This document shows positions 1 through 10,982 of a DNA stretch of 64,000 nucleotides, piece by piece. Under the pieces are notes generated by a model that saw nothing but the letters and a program-made list of their open reading frames with translations, did not search any database and had not been told where the DNA came from. The stretch spans positions 1 through 64,000 of the forward strand of contig NW_027141336.1 in the NCBI RefSeq assembly GCF_036365525.1, in the 5' to 3' direction. This stretch comes from Heterodontus francisci (taxonomy: Eukaryota). Position numbers and translations under genes: made by a program. The first letter of the stretch is position 1, and the number at the start of each line of letters is the position of its first letter.

Positions 1-245
1 GATCCCTGTGGTACCCAACTCATTACAGCCTGCCATCCCGGAGATGACCCGTTTATTCCTACTCTCTGTTTTCTGTCCTTTAACTAATCCTCAAAGCCTT
101 GAGTCCTAATTTAGTGGAAAAAAGCTCTTGGATGGCACCTCATTGAATGCTTTTTGAAAATTCAAATACACTACATCCATTGGTACCCCTTATTCATCTT
201 ATCAGTTACTTCTTCAAAAATCTCAAACATATTTTCCAAACACAA
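1..245 (-). mobile_element. CR1-type LINE RT fragment (degenerate)
   Basis: The reverse complement resembles the CR1 ORF2 RT region (MDVVYL.FQKAF...VPQG-like), also seen in many other copies in the window. Confidence 0.6.
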
Positions 246-519
246 TTTTTGTTTCAGACGTTCCAACCGTAATGGTCTCTCCACTATATAGTAAACAGAA
301 GCCGGGAATTGGGTGGAGTGATGCACTTTGTTGTGGGGCTGAAAGACAGGACCAGCTCTTTACCAACTCCCAATCATTCCCGGCTTTCCCCCACCTCCCC
401 TTCACTCTGCTCCTGGATCTGTTTGGCTGTGTGTGTTTCACTGACAGTTGTGGAAGGCAGTCAGAACTGTTGGCTCTCTGTTATTTGGCTCTGATTGGCT
501 GTGTGTGTTTGATTGACAG

Positions 520-792
520 GGATCCACACAGTACAGGTGATGTATGGCTGTGAGCTGCGGGATGACGGGAGTACCAACGGGTTCCACCAGGAAGGCTGGG
601 ACGGGCGGGATTACATCAGCTTTGATAAGGATAACATGGTGTGGGTAACACCGGTAAGCTGGGGACTGATTACCAAGAACAAGTGGGACCAGGACAAGGC
701 CAGGAATCAGCAGAGGAAGGGTTACCTGGAGGGGACCTGCATCGAATGGCTGAAGAAGTACCTGAAACTTGGAGAAAAGGAACTGAGACACG
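520..792 (+). CDS. MHC class I heavy chain, alpha2 exon
   Basis: Acceptor gacag|GG and donor G|gtgagt; 273 bp, phase 1/1. Encodes GIHTVQVMYGCELRDDG...WDGRDYISFDK...TKNKWD...KGYLEGTCIEWLKKYL, with both alpha2 cysteines and the T143/K146/W147/Y159/W167/Y171 equivalents. Confidence 0.97.
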
Positions 793-821
793 GTGAGTGA
801 GTGGATGGGGGTGGGGGGAGG

Positions 822-1200
822 GGGGAGAGTCAGTGAATGAGGTGGGACTGAGAGTCAGTGAGTGAGGGGGGTCTGAGAGTTAGTTAGTGGGGGGGGGGAC
901 TGAGAGTCAGCGAGTGAGGGGGGACTGAGAGTCAGCGAGTGAGGGGGGACTGAGAGTCAGCGAGTAAGGTGGGACTGAGACTCAGCGAGTGAGGGGGGGA
1001 CTGAGACTCAGCGAGTGAGGGGGGACTGAGAGTTGGTGAGTGAGGGGGGACTGAGAGTCGGTGAGCGAGGGAGGAGGGACTGAGAGTCGGTGAGTGAGGG
1101 GGAAGGGACTGAGTGTTGGTGAGTAAAGGGGGGACTGAGAGTCGGTGAGTCAGAAGAGGTGACTGAGAGTCGGTGAGTCAGAAGAGGTGACTGAGAGTCA
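822..1200 (+). repeat. G-rich minisatellite, ~25-27 bp unit (gggactgagagtcagcgagtgagggg)
   Basis: About 14 imperfect tandem copies visible in the alpha2-alpha3 intron. Confidence 0.9.
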
Positions 1201-1331
1201 GGGTGTCTAAACCCCAGTTTAAAGGGGTATGTACCTTTCCCTGGGGTCAGGGGTCTAATCCCCAATTTAAAGGGATATTTGCCATTCCCTGTCTCTCACA
1301 CTGACCTGCCTCTGATCTGTTTTACTCTCAG

Positions 1332-1607
1332 TTGCTCCTCAAGTGTTTCTTTCCGCGGACAAGGCATCAGCTGCTAAACCGACACAACTCTGCTGCCTCG
1401 TCACAGGATTTTACCCTCGCGATATCGAAGTCACCCTCTTGAGAAATGGCGCACCGATTGCAGACACATGTTCCACTGGCATCCTACCCAACCACGATGG
1501 CACCTACCAGCTCAGGAGATGGGTTCAGATCGCACCTGAGAATGGTGCCAACTATTCCTGTCAGTATGAGCAAAGCGAAAAAGAAGGAATGGAGATCCTA
1601 GACTGGG
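1332..1607 (+). CDS. MHC class I heavy chain, alpha3 (Ig C1) exon
   Basis: Acceptor ctctcag|TT and donor G|gtaaga; 276 bp. Encodes VAPQVFLS...LCCLVTGFYPRDIEVTLLRNG...GILPNHDGTYQLRRW...YSCQYEQS...LDW. Confidence 0.96.
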
Positions 1608-1639
1608 GTAAGAGGAACAGTGACTGTTTAGAATCACCT

Positions 1640-3010
1640 CTCCTCATTCTGCCTTCCAAAATCAATCACCTAACACTTCTCTGCATTAAACTGCATTTGT
1701 CACATGTCTGCCCATTTCACCAGTCTGTCTATGTCCTCCTGAAATCTGTTCTAATCCTCTTCATTGGTTACTGCATTTCTGAGTTTTGTGTCATTGCACA
1801 CCTTGAATTTATGCCCTTATACCCAAGTCCAGATTATTAATATATATCAAAAAGAGATGTGATCCTCATACCAATCCTTCACTTTCTACTTCCTTCCAGT
1901 CTGAAAAATAATCATTCACCATTCCTCTCTGATTTCTGTCCCTGATCCAATTCCATATCCACTCTGACACTGTCCCTCTAATCCCATTGGCTTCAATTTT
2001 ACTAGTAAGTCTATTTTGTGGCACTTTATCAAATGCCTTCTGAAAGCCCATATACACAACATACAGCACACTACCCTCATCAACACTGTCCGTCTATTCA
2101 TCAGAGAACTTGATCAAGTTTGACAAGTTTGCCTTTGACAATTCTGTGCTCGCTTTCAATTTATTAACCCATGTTTTTCAACCTGACATTAAGTTTGTCC
2201 CAGATTGTTACAACATTAACAAGAGAGGATCGAGGTAAGTGAAAGCAATCAATGGAGACTGTGATAAGAATTGTAATGGGAGTTGGCTACAGGCTTCCTG
2301 ATAATACATTCTTCCACTGCATAGCTGTTAATTCAGAGATCAAAGAGACTTGTAGTAAATGAAGAGATGTTTTAATGGGAGACTTTAATTCCCATATAGA
2401 TTGGGAAGAACAGAGTAGCTCAAGTCAGAAAGCTTGTGAATTTCTTGACTGCATTCAACATAGTTTTCTGGAACCAACAAACAGGCAGGCCACACTAGCT
2501 CTAGTAGTGAGCCAGACATAGTTAATCTAACGGTAAGGGAACATTTACTTAACTGCGAGCCTGACATGTTTGAAAAGGAAAAACATAATACTGTTATGAA
2601 GATCCTCGAATTTGGTAAGGCTAACTTTTAATAGGATGAGACAGAGACTGATGACCGCAAACTGAACAAAACTGTTATTGGGTAAAACTACAGATGAACA
2701 GTGGGAGGTGTTCAGAAAAGAATTTAGCTTAATACAGAAACGAGAAGGGCCGAGAGGTCTACTCGAGAAGAAGTGAAAGGTAACCTAAAACTAAAGGATA
2801 AAGCAAAGCATAGTATAGATCGAGGGGACTGGGAGAGAGCGAAAGAACATACAGTAAGAGCAGAAATATCAACAGACATTTATGAGGGTATCAAGATTAA
2901 CACAAAGCTTTTACAATTATGTCAGAAGAAAAAGGCCCATGTGGCCCTTTAAAAATCATTGCGGTCATACTGCAAATGTGAATAAGGAAAGGGTAGGACT
3001 TTTAGAATAA
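1640..3010. mobile_element. Degenerate CR1 LINE fragments (RT on - at ~1640-2210; endonuclease/linker on + at ~2220-3010)
   Basis: ORF 1866..2069(-) reads YMGFQKAFDKVP; the + strand has an MGDFN.P-like motif near 2375. Confidence 0.75.
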
Positions 3011-3014
3011 TACA

Positions 3015-3240
3015 ATAAAAACAGACAATGTTGGAAATACTCAGCAGGTCAGGTAGCATCTGTACAGAGAGCAATAATGTTAACCTTTCAGATCAGTGAC
3101 CTCCATTCTGACAAAGTGGTATTGACCTGAAACATTAACTCTGTTGCTCACGTCATAGATGCTGCCTGACCTGCTGAGTATTTCTAGAATGTTATGTTTT
3201 TATTTCAGATTTCCAGCATCTGCAGTGTTTTATTTTGTTG
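3015..3240. mobile_element. Palindromic Penelope-related non-autonomous element with degenerate hammerhead motifs
   Basis: Inverted arms gaaatactcagcaggtcaggtagcatct / agatgctgcctgacctgctgagtatttc; same family as 5180, 31133 and 36430. Confidence 0.7.
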
Positions 3241-5179
3241 GAACTTCGTGTCATTGAATCATAGAACCCTACAGCACAGTAGGAGGCCATTTGGCCCATC
3301 GAGCCTATGCTGGCTCTTGGGATGAGTAGTCATTCTTAGTCCCATGTGTCTGCTTTTTGTCCCTAAATGTGTCAGCTCATCATCCTCAAATATCTGTACA
3401 ACACCCTGTTTAAAATTGTTTCTGGAATCAGCTTCCACTTCTTTTCAGGTAGAACATTCCAGATCCCGACAGCTGAGTAAAATAAAATCCTCATTTCCCC
3501 TCTCTATCTTTTACCAATGATTTTAAATCTATAACCTCTGGTTATTGACCCACTCACCGGAGGGAATAACTTTCCTCTCTCTACCTTAGCAAAACTGCTC
3601 ATCATCTTGAAAAAAATCTATTAGGTCACCTCTTAACCTTCTCTATTCCAAGGGGAACAGTCCTAACTTTTCCAACCTCTCCTCATAACTATAGTCTGTT
3701 ATCTCTGTTAACATCCTGATAAACCTCCTCTGTGCCCTTTCTAAGGCCTTTACATCTTTTCGGAAGTGTGGTGCCCGGAATTGTCCACAATACTCCAACC
3801 GAGGCCTAACCAGTGATTTATAAAGTTCTAGCATGATCACTTTACTTTTATATTCTGTACCTCGATTTATAAATCCATGTAACCCATATACTTTTACAAC
3901 CACCTTATCAACTTGCTGTGCCATCTTTAAGGATTTGTGCATATGGAAACCAAGGTCTCTTTATTCATCTACACTTTTCAAAATATCGTCTACATTCTTT
4001 CAACATTAGTCCTTCCAAAGTGCATCACTTCACACTTCCCTACATTGAACTTCACCTGCCACGTCTTTGTCCATTTCACCATCCTGTCACCCTGAAGCCT
4101 AGAATGATTGAATCACAGAATCGTTACCGTGCAGGAGAAGGCCATTTGGTCCATCTTGTCTACACTGGCTCTCTGAAAGAGCAATTTCCTCAGTTCCATT
4201 CAGCTGCCTTCTCCCTGTAACCCTGCACATTCTTCCTTTTCATATAACTGTCTAATTCCCTTTTGAATGCTTCAATTGAACCTGCCTCCACCACGTTCTC
4301 AGGCAGTGCATTCTAAACCATAACCACTCGCTGCATGAAACAGCTTTTCCTCATGTCACTTTTGCTTAACTTTACCAAATACTTGAAATCTGTGCCCTCT
4401 CATTCTCGATCCTTTCACGAGTGGGAACAGTTTCTCTCTCTCTACTCTGTTCAGACCCCTCATGATTTTGAATACCTCTATCAAATCACCTCTCAGCCTT
4501 CTCTTCTCCAAGGAAAACAGTCTTAACTTCTCCAATCTATCTTCATAACTGAACCATTCTCGTGAACCCTTTCTGTAATCTCTCCAATGCCTTCACATCT
4601 TTCCTAAAGTGCGGCCACCAGAACTGGATGCAATGCTCCAGCTGAGGCCAAACTAGTGTCTTATATAAATTCAACATAACTTCCTTGCTCTTGTACTCTA
4701 TCCCCCTACTAATAAAGCACAGGATACTGTATGCTTTATTAACCTCTCTTTCAACCTGTCCTGCCACCTTCAATGACTTTTGCACATATACACATAGGTC
4801 CCTCTGCTCCTGCACCCCCTTCTGAATTGTACCCTTTATTCTATATTGTCTCTCCATGTTCGTCCTATCCTCATTACTCCATACTACTTTGCCAAAAGTT
4901 TTATCATTTGCAAACTTTATAATGCTGTTCCCTACACCTAAGCCTAAGCCATTTATAAAAGTTGCCAAGAGTAATGGACCCAAAACTGACCCTTGGGAAA
5001 CAACACTGCCCCCCACTTCCCAATCTGAAAAACATCTACCAACATCCTTTGCTTCCAGTCACTGAGCCAGTTTCATATCCCCTTGGTTCCATGGGCTGAC
5101 ATCTCCTTAATAAGCCTCCTGTGCAGCATTTTACTGAACACCTTCCAAAAGTCCATATGTGCAACATCTATTGAACTAT

Positions 5180-5284
5180 TTGTCAGTTCCAAAGACGGGT
5201 CACTGATCCGAAACATTAACTCTGCTTCTCTTTTCACAGATGCTGCCAGACCTACTGAGTGGTTCCAGCATTTCTTGTTTTTAT
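5180..5284 (+). mobile_element. ~105-bp hammerhead-headed mini-element with 14-bp TSD
   Basis: Flanked by atctattgaactat at 5166-5179 and 5285-5298. Body: cagtt-ccaaaga-c-gggtc-act-gatcc-gaaac-att-aactctg... Confidence 0.75.
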
Positions 5285-5688
5285 ATCTATTGAACTATGT
5301 TGATCAATCTTCTTCGTTACCTCATCAAAGAATTCAATCAAGTTGGTCAGACACAATTTGCCTTTAACAAACCCATGCTGGCTCTTCTTGATTAACCCAT
5401 GCCTTTCCAATTGAAAGTTAATTTTGTCCTTGATACTGGATTTGAATAACTTCCCCACTACCAATTATCAGCTGACTGGCCTGTGATTTCCTGGTTTATC
5501 CCTCTCCCCTTTCTTTAATAGTGGTATAACATTAGCAACCCTCCAGTTCTCCAATAGCGCTCCTATATCCAATGAAGATTGAAAGATTACATAGGATAAA
5601 TAGTAGAGAAACTGGCCATTCGGCCCAACCAGTCCATGTTGGTGTTTATGCACCACTCAAGCCTCCTCCCATCTTTCCTCATTTAAAG

Positions 5689-6030
5689 GGCGGCACAGTG
5701 GCGCAGTGGTTAGCACCGCAGCCTCACAGCTCCAGCGGCCCGGGTTCAATTCTGGGTACTGCCTCTGTGGAGTTTGCAAGTTCTCCCTGTGTCTGCGTGG
5801 GTTTCCTCCGGGTGCTCCGGTTTCCTCCCACATGCCAAAGACTTGCAGGTTGACAGGTGAATTGGCCATTAGCAATTGCTCCTAGTATAGGGAGGGAAAT
5901 ATAGGGACAGGTGGGGATGTGGTAGGAAAATGGAATTAGTGTTGGATTAGTATAAATGAGTGGTTGATGGTCAGCACAGACTCGGTGGGCCGAAGGGCCT
6001 GTTTCAGTGCTGTATCTCTAAACTAAAAAA
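5689..6030 (+). mobile_element. HE1-type (V-SINE) tRNA-derived SINE
   Basis: Head ggcggcacagtggcgcagtggttagcac (A box) and gggttcaattc (B box); CR1-like tail gggccgaagggcctgtttcagtgctgtatctct; near-identical copies at 47884 and 49938. Confidence 0.88.
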
Positions 6031-8260
6031 AATCTATCATCGTAACTCTGTATTCCCTTCTCCCTCATATGCTTGTCTAGTTTCTCCTTAAATAGATCGA
6101 TACTATTTGCTTCAATCACTCCCTGTGATAGCGAATTCTGTGTTCACATGGTAGCTATCTGTTATTGATCTCCTCCTGTTATGGTCTTCCCAACAAGTGG
6201 AAAATTTCTCTCTCTATCCACTCTGTGAAATCCTGTCAAATTTTAAAGACCTCTTTTCAGTCACAATTCATCCTTGTTTTTAAAGAGAAAAGAGACCCAG
6301 CTGTTCATCCTTTCCTGATATGTATACCCATGTATTTCCTGTATTGTCCTTGTAAATCTTCTTTCACTCTCTTGAGTGCTTCTATCTCTTTTTTTATAAT
6401 ATGGCAACTGGGACGTCGCGCGGTTTGATACAGGTTTAACATAATTTCAGTACTTTTCAATTCTATTCCTCTGGAAAGAAAGCCTTGCTAACCTGTAGTG
6501 ATTGGTGTATTTGTACATTCCTGTACTTTTCATAATCTTCCTGGTTATTAACTGAATCTTGCTAGTGACATCTGTCATAGCCTCCTTTTTTCTCTGCTTT
6601 AGTTTAACTTTTACTTCCTTTGTCATCCAGGGCACATTAGCTTTGGATGCTCTGCCCTTTCCCCTTCAAAGGAACATATCTAGTTTATATGTTTCTGTCT
6701 GAACTATCTCTTCCCGAATGTTCTCCATTGCTCTGTTACTGCTTTACTTTTTCCAGGCTTCAATCTTCATAGGAATGGGAAAGGATAATATACCTGACAT
6801 TGCAGGGAAACAAATAATGAACCAATGACAATGTAAGCTGGAAAATAGTATTTAGAAAAATGACTGTAGAGACTGAGAAATGCCCAGGACCTGTTGGTTT
6901 CACCCCTGGGTTTTAAAGAAAGTAGGTGAGGAAATTGTAGATAATTTCGCCATAATCTTCCAAAGCTCCCTCGATGCAGGAATTATTCCTATCGATTGGA
7001 AAATTGTATACATAACTTCATTATTAAAGAAAGGTGAGAGAGAAACCAAGAAATTATAAATCTGTTAGTCTAACATCTGTTGTGGGGAAGGTTATGGAAT
7101 CTATCATTAAGACAGAGTGACTGAGTACTTAGAGAAATTTGAGCTGATTGAAGAGAGCCAATGTGGATTTGTAAGGGGGAGGTCATGTCTAATGAAACAA
7201 ATTGAATTTTTTTGAGGAAGTAACTAAAGTAGTGGATAGGGGAATGTCTATGGATATAGTTTATGTGGACTTGCTGAAGACTTTCGATAAGGTTCCACAT
7301 AAGAGATTTCTTAAAGCTCTTGGAATTGAAAGCATATTATTGAGCTGATTAGGAAATTGATTTGGCAGTAGACAGACTGTAGGGATAATGGGTATGTATG
7401 AATTGGAAGGAAATGACCAGTGTTATCTCACGGGGATCTGTGCTGGGGCCTCAACCATTCAGTATTTAAAGTCTTAAAAAGCACAATAGAGCGACACATA
7501 TCCAAGTTTACTGATGACACCAGGTTCAGTGGCATAGCAAGCAGAGTAGACAGGAGCATAAAATTACAAGAGACATTGATTGTTTGGGTGGGCAAAATTG
7601 TGGCAGATGTATTTCCGTGCAGGCAAACGTGAAGTCATCCATTTTGGATGAAATAAGGGTAGATCAGCGTATTTTCTAAATGGTGGAAAGCCTTGTCTCG
7701 GACCAGACCTGGAGAACTGTGTACAGTTCTGGGCACCTCATCTTTAGAAAGGTATAAATATACTGGCCTTGGAAGGAGTGCAGCACAGATTCAACAGAAT
7801 GTTACTTGGCTACAAAGGTTTAATTATGAGGAGAGATTACACAGACTAGGCTTGTGTTCCCTGGGATAGAGAAGGTTAAAGGACGATTGAGGTTTTCAGG
7901 ATTTTGGAAGGAATTGAGGGTAAGGTAGATGGAAAGAAACTTTTCTGCTGGTGGTGGAGTCTCGGACAAAGGGGATATAACATTGAAATCAGACCCAGAC
8001 CATTCAGGAGAGAAGTTAGGAAGCGTTTCTTCAAACAGATGGTGGGAGAAGTGTGTAACTCTGTTCCATAAAAAGCAGTAAATGCTAGCTCAATTAAATT
8101 CAGATCTGAGGTCAATAGATTTTTTTGCTAGCTAATCTATTGAGGTATATGGAGTTAGGACACAGATCACCCTCAATATCACTGAATGGCAGAACAGGCT
8201 CTAAGGATTGAATGGTCTACTCCTATTCCTGTTGTCTCAACATTCTCGCACCACTGAAGT

Positions 8261-8391
8261 NNNNNNNNNNNNNNNNNNNNNNNNNNNNNNNNNNNNNNNN
8301 NNNNNNNNNNNNNNNNNNNNNNNNNNNNNNNNNNNNNNNNNNNNNNNNNNNNNNNNNNNNNNNNNNNNNNNNNNNNNNNNNNNNNNNNNNN
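8261..8391. other. Gap (N run)
   Basis: 131 consecutive N. Confidence 0.99.
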
Positions 8392-9541
8392 TCCAGTCCT
8401 CTGGCACCATCCCACTACCGAAGGAGGATTGCAAGATTGTGACCACAGCCTCCGATATCTCCACCTTTAATTCCCTCAGTAATCTCAGTGACTTTTCTAC
8501 TTTCAGCATTGCCAACCTTTTAACTACCTCCTCTTTATCAATTTTTATTCTATTCAGTTTCTCTACTACCTCTTCCTCTACTGTGAAATTAGCAGCACCC
8601 TCTTTAGTGATGTTTATCAAACCAATCGACTGCTTTTCAACTCACTGAAATTAGCCCTCCTCCAGTTGAGTAATTTCATGTTCAATTGTTCCATGTCATT
8701 TTCCATAACTACTGTAAACCTGATGATATTGTGATCACTGTTTCCCAAATGCACCCCAATTAAAACATGCTCCACTTGCCCTACTTCATTCCCCAGAACT
8801 AGATCCAACACTGCCTCCTTCCACATTGAACTGGAAACACAATGATCAATAAAGTTCTCTTGTATACATTTCAGGAATTCCTTTCTGACCTTTGCCTTTA
8901 CATTGTTACTATCCCAGTCTATATTAGGATGATTGAACTCCCCCATTATCACCATTCTAAAGTTCTTACATCTTTCTGCAATCTACCTGCAGATTTGCTT
9001 CTCGACCTCCTTCCCTATATTTGGGGTGACCAATAGTTTACACCCAGCAATGAAATAGCTCCTCTATTGTTCCTTAACTCTACCCAAATAGATTCTGACA
9101 TTGAATCCTCCAGCATGTCACCCCTTTCCAGTGCTGTAACAGTATCTTTGATCAATATGGCACCCCCTCTTTCCTTTCCCTAGAAACTCCCTACCTCCCA
9201 TCACTATGCTGCAACAAGCCTATTCTGAGATTGATGTGGGAATTAATCACTTGTTTGGGTGACTGGAAGTGTCTTTGGAATGATGTGGAATTCCAATGTC
9301 TGCATTTATTTATCTCCTTTAATGTAGATAAACATCCCAAAGTGCTTCACAGGAGTGTAATCCAAGTCATGCTGAACCTTTCTAACCTACAACATGCTCT
9401 GCTCAGAGACTGCCCATTACATCACAGACTTGAATCTCATTCAAACTCAGGCCCCGCTTTGGTACACTTGCTTCTGAATGAGCAGCGATTGTGGTTATTC
9501 ATTGATCTCCTCCTCATTTCCCCCCTCCCCCCCCCCCACAG

Positions 9542-9667
9542 CCAGGATGCTCCCAGTGACTGTAGGATCTTCAGAGGGAACAAATATCAGACTGATTGTT
9601 GGAATTGTTGTTGCTGCCATCGCTCTGATTGCTGTTGTCATCGGTGCAGTTGCGTTGAAAAGGAGAG
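9542..9667 (+). CDS. MHC class I connecting peptide/transmembrane exon
   Basis: Pyrimidine tract plus acag|CC, donor G|gtagga; 126 bp, phase 1. Encodes ARMLPVTVGSSEGTNIRLIVGIVVAAIALIAVVIGAVALKRR (hydrophobic helix followed by a basic stop-transfer). Confidence 0.92.
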
Positions 9668-9799
9668 GTAGGAAGTGAGGGCAGGGTCTGTCACTCTCTG
9701 GTATCAGCAGTTTTAAAATGTTAAAGCACAAATATCAAAGCATTAGAGACTTTCCTACACATGTGGGAAATGCACACACAGTCCAGTGATGTACAGAGC

Positions 9800-10430
9800 G
9801 TGAGGGGGCTGAGGAACAGGAAGTGAGAGGACCGAGGGCCCATATGGGGAGCTGGGACTGAGGGACTCTTACACGGAGTGAGGGGACTGGGGGTCCCGTA
9901 CATGGAGTGAGGGGACTGGGGGCCTGTACAGGGAGTGAGGTGACTGAGGGCCTGTACAGGGAGTGAGGGGACTGGGGGCCTGTACAGGGAGTGAGGTGAC
10001 TGAGGGCCCATATCGGGAGTCAGGGGACTGAGGTCCCGTACAGGGAGTGAGGTGACTGAGGGCCTATATGGGGAGTCAGGGGACTGAGGGACCCTTACAT
10101 GGAGTGAGGTGACTGAGGTCCCGTACAGGGAGTGAGAGGACTGAGGTCCCGTACAGGGAGTGAGGGGACTGAGATCCCGTACAGGGAGTGAGGTGACTGA
10201 GGTCCCGTACAGGGTGTGAGGTGACTGAGGGCCCATATAGGGAGTCAGGGGACTGAGGTCCCCTACAGGGAGTGAGGGGACTGAGATCCCGTACAGGGGG
10301 TGAGGGGACTGAGGTCCCGTACAGGGTGTGAGGTGACTGAGGGCCCATATGGGGAGTCAGGGGACTGAGGTCCCCTACAGGGAGTGAGGGGACTGGGGGG
10401 CCTGTACAGGGGATGAAGGGACTGGGCTGA
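9800..10430 (+). repeat. G-rich minisatellite, 28-bp unit (agggagtgaggggactgaggtcccgtac)
   Basis: About 21 tandem copies downstream of the TM exon. Confidence 0.92.
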
Positions 10431-10583
10431 ATGCAGAGTAAAGGGTTGAGTGAGGAGCAGAGTCTCCTGTAAGCGAGCTCAGGTTAAGCTGGTCATTCCC
10501 CCCATGACTACAGTAAGTTTGTGTGGGTGAGGGGTGGGTGGGGGAGCTTTTGTTAACTGAAGTTCTGTTTCTGATCTTTGTAG

Positions 10584-10619
10584 GAGGAGAATATAAACAC
10601 AGTTACAGCTCAGCAAATC
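10584..10619 (+). CDS. MHC class I cytoplasmic exon 1
   Basis: tttgtag|GA...AATC|gtaagt; 36 bp, phase 1. Encodes GGEYKHSYSSAN, containing the class I tail Y-x-x-A motif. Confidence 0.85.
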
Positions 10620-10757
10620 GTAAGTGTGCAAATATTACAATAGTCTGGTTCAGTTGTTAGCTGCCTTGTCTTCGAGGCAGAACTTTCTGGCATGGACTCG
10701 ATTGGCTGAACAGCCATTTCTGGTCTGTTAAGACAGTATAGCTCCATTACTTTGTCT

Positions 10758-10889
10758 NNNNNNNNNNNNNNNNNNNNNNNNNNNNNNNNNNNNNNNNNNN
10801 NNNNNNNNNNNNNNNNNNNNNNNNNNNNNNNNNNNNNNNNNNNNNNNNNNNNNNNNNNNNNNNNNNNNNNNNNNNNNNNNNNNNNNNNN
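10758..10889. other. Gap (N run)
   Basis: 132 consecutive N. Confidence 0.99.
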
Positions 10890-10935
10890 CCATGTTGTAA
10901 AGTGACTGTGTGACTGAAATCTTTCTTTTTCACAG

Positions 10936-10982
10936 CTGTAAGAGGAGTGGAATCATCCTCGAACTCATCAGCCCTGGCCTGA
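10936..10982 (+). CDS. MHC class I cytoplasmic exon 2 with stop codon
   Basis: ttttcacag|CT...; encodes PVRGVESSSNSSALA* (TGA 10980-10982), a Ser-rich class I tail. Followed by G|gtatga donor. Confidence 0.85.

Larger units (their letters stand above)
3255..9180. mobile_element. Cluster of nested CR1 LINE fragments in the alpha3-TM intron (mostly -, one + copy at ~6760-8235)
   Basis: CR1 ORF2 motifs LVRPRLEYC..F.APHFRKD, QGSVLGPLL, QHGFVKGK.CLTNLIEFF, MGEFNHPNIDW; typical CR1 3' tails. Confidence 0.85.

Noticed and set aside
1608-1840. C-terminal extension of the alpha3 ORF as a secreted or alternative TM form
   Set aside because: Read-through past a strong GTAAGA donor into antisense CR1 sequence; no support without transcripts.
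5689-5770. tRNA gene
   Set aside because: The A/B boxes belong to a SINE head repeated at 47884 and 49938, not a standalone tRNA.
9721-10348. Pro/Ser-rich minus-strand ORFs
   Set aside because: Translation of the 28-bp intronic minisatellite.
10758-10889. Extra MHC cytoplasmic exon hidden in the gap
   Set aside because: The flanking exons already join in phase to give a complete tail. It cannot be excluded, but nothing supports it.
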